Shown: piece after piece, positions 58,344 through 64,000 of the stretch | How the letters are laid out: the number at the start of each line of letters is the position of its first letter | How positions within the stretch are numbered: position 1 is the stretch's first letter | Sequence record: NC_012638.1 | Source: Escherichia phage RB14 | Direction: 5' to 3' (one strand) | DNA length: 64,000 nt | Position numbers and translations under genes: made by a program | Notes under the pieces: generated by a model | What the model was told of the DNA's origin: nothing | Seen by the model: only the letters and a program-made list of their open reading frames with translations | Databases searched by the model: none

Positions 58344-58792
58344 TCAACAATCACAATTTCTAATTTAGAGGAATACGTATCTAAAATATCTTCAATAATA
58401 TCCCAGTTCCCTTTACCTATGCCTGCACCAATCCTAGGCATATAGATTGTAGGTTTAATTAGTTTATTTTCACCAAACTCATTTAATTCTAACATACAAT
58501 TCATTAAAGCGGAATACTCAAAATTTGGCCCTGGTTGAAATTGAGTATAAAGGTTGAAGCAATACGCTTTATGAGTCCTAAAGTATTTTTCATAGACTGA
58601 ATAAGAACCGAGTTTAGTTACATCACCCCATTCAGTCTGTAATTTATCAGCTTCCAAAATTTTAGGGAAAGCTTTGGTTAATTGACCCGCTACGCCTGAA
58701 CCCATAGTATGAAAACAATTGCATCCATGCGCAATATTTTTACCTTCAGCGAAAAGGGCGACAATATCGCCCTTGATATATTTTACAATCAT
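58325..58792 (-). CDS. macrodomain protein of TARG1/OARD1 type (putative ADP-ribose hydrolase), 155 aa
   Basis: motifs YIKGDI, AHGCNCFHTMGSGVAGQL and MPRIGAGIGKGNW line up with human TARG1 (YVKGDLF, AHCISEDCRMGAGIAV, MPRIGCGLDRLQW) as I recall it. Confidence 0.65.
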   Translation of the reverse strand: MIVKYIKGDIVALFAEGKNIAHGCNCFHTMGSGVAGQLTKAFPKILEADKLQTEWGDVTKLGSYSVYEKYFRTHKAYCFNLYTQFQPGPNFEYSALMNCMLELNEFGENKLIKPTIYMPRIGAGIGKGNWDIIEDILDTYSSKLEIVIVDWEPLL

Positions 58793-59136
58793 CTAGTACT
58801 CAATCCTCGATTATAAGAATCTACCAAACGGTCAACCATTGAATGACAAGCGGCTTTATCTTTCTCCTCCGCAACTGAACATTCTAAAGTATTCCACTTT
58901 TTAGCATATCGTTTTAACAATGTATAGTTTTTGTATCTGCTTGATTTATCCCTTTCTCCGTCTTTATATGCATATATTAATTTCTGTGCAAATTCAGCTT
59001 GACATGCTTTATTTTTCCCACAATAATCTGCCGCAGTGCGGTTTACATATTCTCTAATTTCAGTATATGATGTATCTGCTGACGCAGAAGCAGAAAATGA
59101 AATTAATCCTATACATAAAACCAAAATTTTAGTCAT
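58789..59136 (-). CDS. secreted/periplasmic protein, 115 aa
   Basis: N-terminal signal peptide MTKILVLCIGLISFSASASA; four cysteines in the mature part. Confidence 0.55.
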   Translation of the reverse strand: MTKILVLCIGLISFSASASADTSYTEIREYVNRTAADYCGKNKACQAEFAQKLIYAYKDGERDKSSRYKNYTLLKRYAKKWNTLECSVAEEKDKAACHSMVDRLVDSYNRGLSTR

Positions 59137-59674
59137 TTACTATTTCCAAAAGTTTATTATTTTTAAGGTAATTAGCCTTTTCTAGGACTTCAGAAGCATA
59201 TTTAGAACCTGCTTTAACATTCCATCCCGAATTATAAGAGGATATTGCTTTTCTTATATCTCCCTTATGTATATTTAACCAATAAGAAAGTTCAATGTAC
59301 GCCCAGGAAGCTGAATTGGACCGTTTATTCAACATTCTTTTTATTTCAGCATCGGTCATATTATAACCAAGTTCCTTAACTCTTGCTCGCATAGTAGGCA
59401 AATAATTTTGGAACATTCCGTAGGCGTGATGCTTTGGTTTAGATTTTAAATTAACTCCGCCAGAGCTTTCTTGCCATAAAATAGCAGCCATTATATGACC
59501 TAATCCGCTCTTGTGGATATTTTTGTGTGTTTTATATTTTCCATCCTTAGAAAATTGTTCCCCGAATTGATACGCGTAACGCATGTTATCGAGTTGGACA
59601 TTACTGAAAGTATGCTCGGAGCTATGTGCCATCATTGAAATGGCCAATAGACCAGCGAGTAGTGCTTTTCTCAT
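59129..59674 (-). CDS. secreted lytic transglycosylase-like (SLT domain) protein, 181 aa
   Basis: signal peptide plus SLT catalytic motif AAILWQESSGG. Confidence 0.6.
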   Translation of the reverse strand: MRKALLAGLLAISMMAHSSEHTFSNVQLDNMRYAYQFGEQFSKDGKYKTHKNIHKSGLGHIMAAILWQESSGGVNLKSKPKHHAYGMFQNYLPTMRARVKELGYNMTDAEIKRMLNKRSNSASWAYIELSYWLNIHKGDIRKAISSYNSGWNVKAGSKYASEVLEKANYLKNNKLLEIVND

Positions 59675-59681
59675 GCTTACC

Positions 59682-60143
59682 TCATTGAGTTTTAATTACT
59701 GCTTTAGAAGCCTTTCCTGGTAAACGACGACTGTTGATAATTGCCATCCTACATTGAAGTGACGGGTCTTTGAACTTCTCATTAGGTTTACAAACCGTAA
59801 ATCCAAGCCAAAGATTTCCATCTGTGATTTCTAAACGTCCAGGACGATATTCAACCCCATCAATAAAATCCTCGTCAATGTCAGGACGCGGAGGCATACT
59901 CAGAAATTCATTAACTTCTAAAACATGGTCTTTTATTTTATGGAATAATTCAAAAACGTATGTCTCATCAATCTCCCGTTGAATTGCGCGATCAAGAAGA
60001 TGCTGAGAATATTTTAGATGAAACGATGAGACCCCTGCTGCTTTTGATGCCTCACGAATCTCATTGTTAATTTGACGAAACTCCGACTCAAAGTGACGAC
60101 GAAGCTTATTTCGACGGATAAAAACTTCTGTATTGATAGTCAT
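59682..60143 (-). CDS. regB: RegB endoribonuclease, 153 aa
   Basis: 153 aa as T4 RegB; position between the tk and e regions. Confidence 0.85.
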   Translation of the reverse strand: MTINTEVFIRRNKLRRHFESEFRQINNEIREASKAAGVSSFHLKYSQHLLDRAIQREIDETYVFELFHKIKDHVLEVNEFLSMPPRPDIDEDFIDGVEYRPGRLEITDGNLWLGFTVCKPNEKFKDPSLQCRMAIINSRRLPGKASKAVIKTQ

Positions 60144-60202
60144 GTTATTCTCCTCTTAACTGATAGAAAAATTATACCACAGTCAAGAGGAAAAGTAAAC
60201 AG

Positions 60203-60523
60203 TTATTCTTTAAATCTAATCAATTTATTCATAGACTTTGAAACTTCTGCACGAACCTCATGTAAGTTTTTAAGCTGTTCAAGACGCTGCTCATAGTAAG
60301 CAATTTCATCTTCTTCGAGACAGTCCTGTGAATCTTCTTTAAGATAACGTGCATAGTCCTGAAAAGCTTTACGGACTACTTCCTGGAAGTCATCAAGACT
60401 TTGAATTTTCTTAGGAGCGGCAGATACACGACGAGGTGCAGTATAATACTCATAACCAAACCCTGCACTTAATTGAGCCATTAGTATTTTTCCTCTGGTT
60501 GGAACACTGCACGACAAGCCCAC
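60203..60523 (-). CDS. hypothetical helical protein, 92-106 aa
   Basis: ORF table; probable start at the internal Met ([13 protein letters not shown]...). Confidence 0.5.
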   Translation of the reverse strand: MGLSCSVPTRGKILMAQLSAGFGYEYYTAPRRVSAAPKKIQSLDDFQEVVRKAFQDYARYLKEDSQDCLEEDEIAYYEQRLEQLKNLHEVRAEVSKSMNKLIRFKE

Positions 60524-60783
60524 ATACTGGCTTCTTTGAGTTTCGTTTTAGCAATAGTTAACTGATCGAGGCTTTCAGCATAATTCTTCGCGAGTTCATC
60601 ATCTTCACAGCTATCGAATGCTTCCCAGAATTCATCGTATAAAGCATCAAAGATAAGTCCTAAACGAACTTCAGCGTCTTTGATAGCATTCACTTTACCG
60701 ATTTTCTCTTCAGTATGCGGCTTATAACCTTTAATGTCTTCAATCATATTTGACTTCCTCACCAGTACATAAATCATATTCAA
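60481..60783 (-). CDS. hypothetical protein, up to 100 aa
   Basis: ORF table; start uncertain. Confidence 0.45.
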   Translation of the reverse strand: MNMIYVLVRKSNMIEDIKGYKPHTEEKIGKVNAIKDAEVRLGLIFDALYDEFWEAFDSCEDDELAKNYAESLDQLTIAKTKLKEASMWACRAVFQPEEKY

Positions 60784-60961
60784 CTAAACGAATAGGTTCA
60801 TGAATGCCATATCCTTGAACAGAAATTTCTGTCGTAGGATAAATTCCATCAATATCACCCATATTCCAGGCTTCATTAAATTGCTGTTCGCCTGAATTAC
60901 TAAACCACTCGGCGAAAGCATTTAGCACATCTTTAGAACCTTCAATAATTATCTTTGCCAT
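60740..60961 (-). CDS. hypothetical protein, 73 aa
   Basis: ORF table. Confidence 0.45.
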   Translation of the reverse strand: MAKIIIEGSKDVLNAFAEWFSNSGEQQFNEAWNMGDIDGIYPTTEISVQGYGIHEPIRLVEYDLCTGEEVKYD

Positions 60962-61323
60962 TACAAACTCTCAGTAAAGGTACGAGCGATAACGTCGCGC
61001 TGCTGTTCCGGAGTCAGAGAGTTAAAGCGAACTGCATAACCGGATACACGGATGGTCAGCTGCGGATATTTTTCCGGATGCTTAACTGCATCTTCCAGAG
61101 TTTCACGACGCAGAACGTTAACGTTCAGGTGTTGACCACCTTCAATTTTAACTGTAGGTTGTTGCTCAATTTCAATTTCACGGGCATGCAAACCATAGAA
61201 AATTTCTGGGTCTACAAAAGAGTCCTCTTTAAAGGTTTTAGAGACAATAATTCGTGCTTGAATATCATCTTCAAAATAAATAGTACCTTTATGTGTGCCT
61301 TCAAGAATTTGATATGCTTTCAT
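60961..61323 (-). CDS. autonomous glycyl-radical cofactor (GrcA/YfiD-like), 120 aa
   Basis: C-terminal 60-65 aa including the RVSGYAVRF glycyl-radical motif identical to E. coli GrcA as I recall; the 3' 190 bp are GC-rich with host-like codons. Confidence 0.75.
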   Translation of the reverse strand: MKAYQILEGTHKGTIYFEDDIQARIIVSKTFKEDSFVDPEIFYGLHAREIEIEQQPTVKIEGGQHLNVNVLRRETLEDAVKHPEKYPQLTIRVSGYAVRFNSLTPEQQRDVIARTFTESL

Positions 61324-61330
61324 ATAAACC

Positions 61331-61660
61331 TCAATTAGAAAATAAATTTATCCAAGATTGTTCTTTAATTAAAAATGGCTCAGAATCATATGCCATTAAA
61401 CTTTGGGTGATTAGTCCTTTAAAAGGTCCATCAATAAATTCCATGGTAAAATATGGAATTTTATTCATTAGCCGTGCATTAGGAGCAGTACACAAAACTC
61501 TGCATCCTTTGAATACGCCTTTTTGTAATTTGTATTGCTTGGGATAAAATTCGCTTAAAATGTTGTTATTTGCCAAAATTTCAAAATGATTTACCAATTT
61601 ATTTTTAATAGTTTTTGGCGAAAAATAGAGATATTCGAAAAGCTGCGTGTCTGTCATCAT
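61331..61660 (-). CDS. hypothetical protein, 109 aa, translationally coupled to the upstream P-loop gene
   Basis: ATGATG start overlaps the upstream TGA stop. Confidence 0.5.
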   Translation of the reverse strand: MMTDTQLFEYLYFSPKTIKNKLVNHFEILANNNILSEFYPKQYKLQKGVFKGCRVLCTAPNARLMNKIPYFTMEFIDGPFKGLITQSLMAYDSEPFLIKEQSWINLFSN

Positions 61661-62244
61661 TGCATTCCGATTACGAAAAACTGCGGACGAGTAATACCAC
61701 CAATGCAACATTTACTATTACAGCAGTAGTGTACAGTGTCAATATGGACGCTATAAATCTTATCCATATCAGGAGATTTGACAGGCTCATCAATTATATA
61801 CAAAATTCGCGAAAGCGATAAACCTCTGAACTTGCTTCCTTTATTACCAATAAAACTGCGCACAGAATCAGTAAATAAACGAAAACGTATATCATCATTA
61901 GAATAACGCGAAAATTCCTTTTTAATGTTATTTGCAGAAATTTTAGCGTAAGCTGAAGTATTAGAAAGAACAATAACTGTTCCGCCATCATACAGCCAAT
62001 TAGCGGCAAAGTTAGTCACAGCAATTGATTTACCGGATTGACGTCCACCATCTATACGAAGTGTGCAGTACTGTTTAAGTAATTCTTCAAATGGCGGGAT
62101 ATATTCGTTTTTACAAATTTCTTCTACTCTAGCATCAGAATGGTGTGTAAAAGCATTCATCAGGGATAGATAAGGACCAGTTAAAAATGTTCTCATTTTA
62201 TTCTCTCTAAATTTGGGCCATTCCATGGCGCATGAATTGTCCAT
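61657..62244 (-). CDS. small P-loop NTPase, about 179-195 aa
   Basis: Walker A GGRQSGKS and Walker B-like ILYIIDEP. Confidence 0.5.
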   Translation of the reverse strand: MDNSCAMEWPKFRENKMRTFLTGPYLSLMNAFTHHSDARVEEICKNEYIPPFEELLKQYCTLRIDGGRQSGKSIAVTNFAANWLYDGGTVIVLSNTSAYAKISANNIKKEFSRYSNDDIRFRLFTDSVRSFIGNKGSKFRGLSLSRILYIIDEPVKSPDMDKIYSVHIDTVHYCCNSKCCIGGITRPQFFVIGMQ

Positions 62245-62337
62245 TTCTGTATTTACCCATTACCGCACTCAGGCTCGACCTTATTACAGGTTGGCGGGAA
62301 TCCCTCATAGAATCATGAGGTCCAGGTTGTTCCCATA

Positions 62338-62811
62338 TTATTTGAACGATTTAACGTACTGAATAGAACCTTTACTATTCACAAAGGCAATTTTACCATT
62401 TTTGTTATACATGGTAGCAGTACGTTGATAGCCATAAGTTTGTTTACCAGATTGATAACCAACTAATGCAAAATTATCTTCACCCATTTTATTCTGTTTA
62501 GCACGAATGCGTTCATGGCCATGTGCCATAAGAACCTTAGCATCACCTGTTGCAATGGATCGACGAGTTTTTTCATCTTCAACTGTATTAACAAAGTCGT
62601 CAAATGAATCAAATTTAGCATGAGATTTATTATACAGTTTTCCATCTACTGCATAATTATATCCTTGTACATCCATCTCAACTTCTGTACCATCATCCAA
62701 TACAGCAGTGATTTTCTGTCCTTTTTTAAATTTCAAAAGATCAGTAAAAGATTCAGCAATAATTTGAGAATTAATAGCTGCTTCAGTAATAAATTCTTGA
62801 TATGTTTTCAT
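62338..62811 (-). CDS. capsid internal protein with capsid-targeting sequence, 157 aa
   Basis: N-terminus MKTYQEFITEAA matches the T4 internal-protein targeting sequence; locus next to e as for ipII/ipIII. Confidence 0.65.
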   Translation of the reverse strand: MKTYQEFITEAAINSQIIAESFTDLLKFKKGQKITAVLDDGTEVEMDVQGYNYAVDGKLYNKSHAKFDSFDDFVNTVEDEKTRRSIATGDAKVLMAHGHERIRAKQNKMGEDNFALVGYQSGKQTYGYQRTATMYNKNGKIAFVNSKGSIQYVKSFK

Positions 62812-62905
62812 GTGTATCCTTTAAATGTAAATATTTTAATTAATAATTTATCTCTTCAAATAACTGTGAATATACTATCACAATTCTAGGAGAAAGTAAA
62901 TAACT

Positions 62906-63436
<531 letters not shown>

Positions 63437-63892
63437 TTAAAAGAGGCTGTTCATTATTCGGTAAAGTGAAGGACCCATCACATATTGCCACTGAGTACGA
63501 GGAATAAGAGCAAAAGCATCCATCTCTGGAATCATAACGCCATCTTTATTTTCAAAATAAGACTCGCAGCGGCAATTTCTAAACATCTCATGCTCTACTG
63601 GAATCGTATAGTAAAATAGCTGTAAGTCTTTATTACTAGAATATTTAAATACACCTAGGTCTTCTAGAAGGTCTGGATTATAATTGCTAAAGCCAGTCTC
63701 TTCTAAACATTCTCTTCGTGCTGCATCTAGCGCGCTTAAATCAGAATTTTCTACACGGCCCTTTGGAATATCCCAGCGATGGGCCATCATTCCAGGCTTA
63801 CGAGAACCGGTAACACGACCCATAAATAAATCTTTATCTTCTGTCATAAAGATAATACCAGCTGATAATGTTTTCATTTTAATTTCCTGCAT
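63437..63892 (-). CDS. nudE: Nudix hydrolase NudE, 151 aa
   Basis: Nudix box GRVENSDLSALDAARRECLEETGF; position upstream of e as T4 e.1. Confidence 0.8.
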   Translation of the reverse strand: MQEIKMKTLSAGIIFMTEDKDLFMGRVTGSRKPGMMAHRWDIPKGRVENSDLSALDAARRECLEETGFSNYNPDLLEDLGVFKYSSNKDLQLFYYTIPVEHEMFRNCRCESYFENKDGVMIPEMDAFALIPRTQWQYVMGPSLYRIMNSLF

Positions 63893-64000
63893 TCAGTGAT
63901 AAAGTTATTTAAATTTTGAGTATATTTCTTTTCATCAAAAATCTTTTGTTGTCTGCGTAAACGCCATGGCATTTCAATGAACGTATACCATATCCCAGAT
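63890..64000 (-). CDS. partial CDS (C-terminal 36 codons), continues beyond the window end
   Basis: open frame reaching position 64000 whose TGA overlaps the nudE start codon. Confidence 0.4.

Noticed and set aside
60955-61338. 127-aa plus-strand ORF
   Set aside because: Antisense to the GrcA-like gene, whose minus-strand reading frame is confirmed by the glycyl-radical motif
62245-62337. GC-richer structured segment with nested inverted repeats, considered as a tRNA or small RNA remnant
   Set aside because: No cloverleaf can be drawn and no T-loop consensus is present; best explained as a terminator/stability hairpin after the internal-protein gene

Overview
This window is the early/middle-gene region of a T-even (T4-like, Tevenvirinae) coliphage genome, collinear with roughly the first 67 kb of the T4 map (rIIA through e/nudE). 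Essentially every real gene is on the minus strand; only one plus-strand ORF looks genuine. Identifications rest on my recollection of T4 protein sequences, lengths and gene order plus motifs visible in the translations; no database search was run. Recognised genes include rIIA, an unsplit topoisomerase gene, dexA, dda, srd, modA/modB, soc, 56, 61, sp, dmd, 41, 40, uvsX, 42, imm, 43, regA, 62/44/45, rpbA, 46/47, a-gt, 55, nrdH/nrdG/nrdD, 49, pin, nrdC, rI, tk, regB, e and nudE. DNA polymerase and lysozyme are near-identical to T4, but the phage is not T4 itself: the topoisomerase gene is unsplit (no gene 60 bypass, no mobA), nrdD has no intron, the beta-gt locus carries a different DxD glycosyltransferase, and Soc looks RB69-type. 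Regulatory structure is typical T4: early promoters (GTTTAC-N17/18-TATAAT on the minus strand), UUCG-tetraloop hairpin terminators, repeated terminator+promoter (PeSL-like) cassettes, and TATAAATA late promoters at soc and e. The most interesting candidates are in the hyperplastic nrdC-tk-regB-e segment: a TARG1/OARD1-like macrodomain gene, a pol-beta nucleotidyltransferase next to an AAA+ ATPase with a GIY-YIG endonuclease inserted beside them, four tandem paralogues with C-terminal coiled coils, a GrcA-like gene whose 3' end looks host-derived, and a coupled P-loop ATPase pair next to a single internal-protein gene. No tRNA, rRNA or CRISPR features were found.
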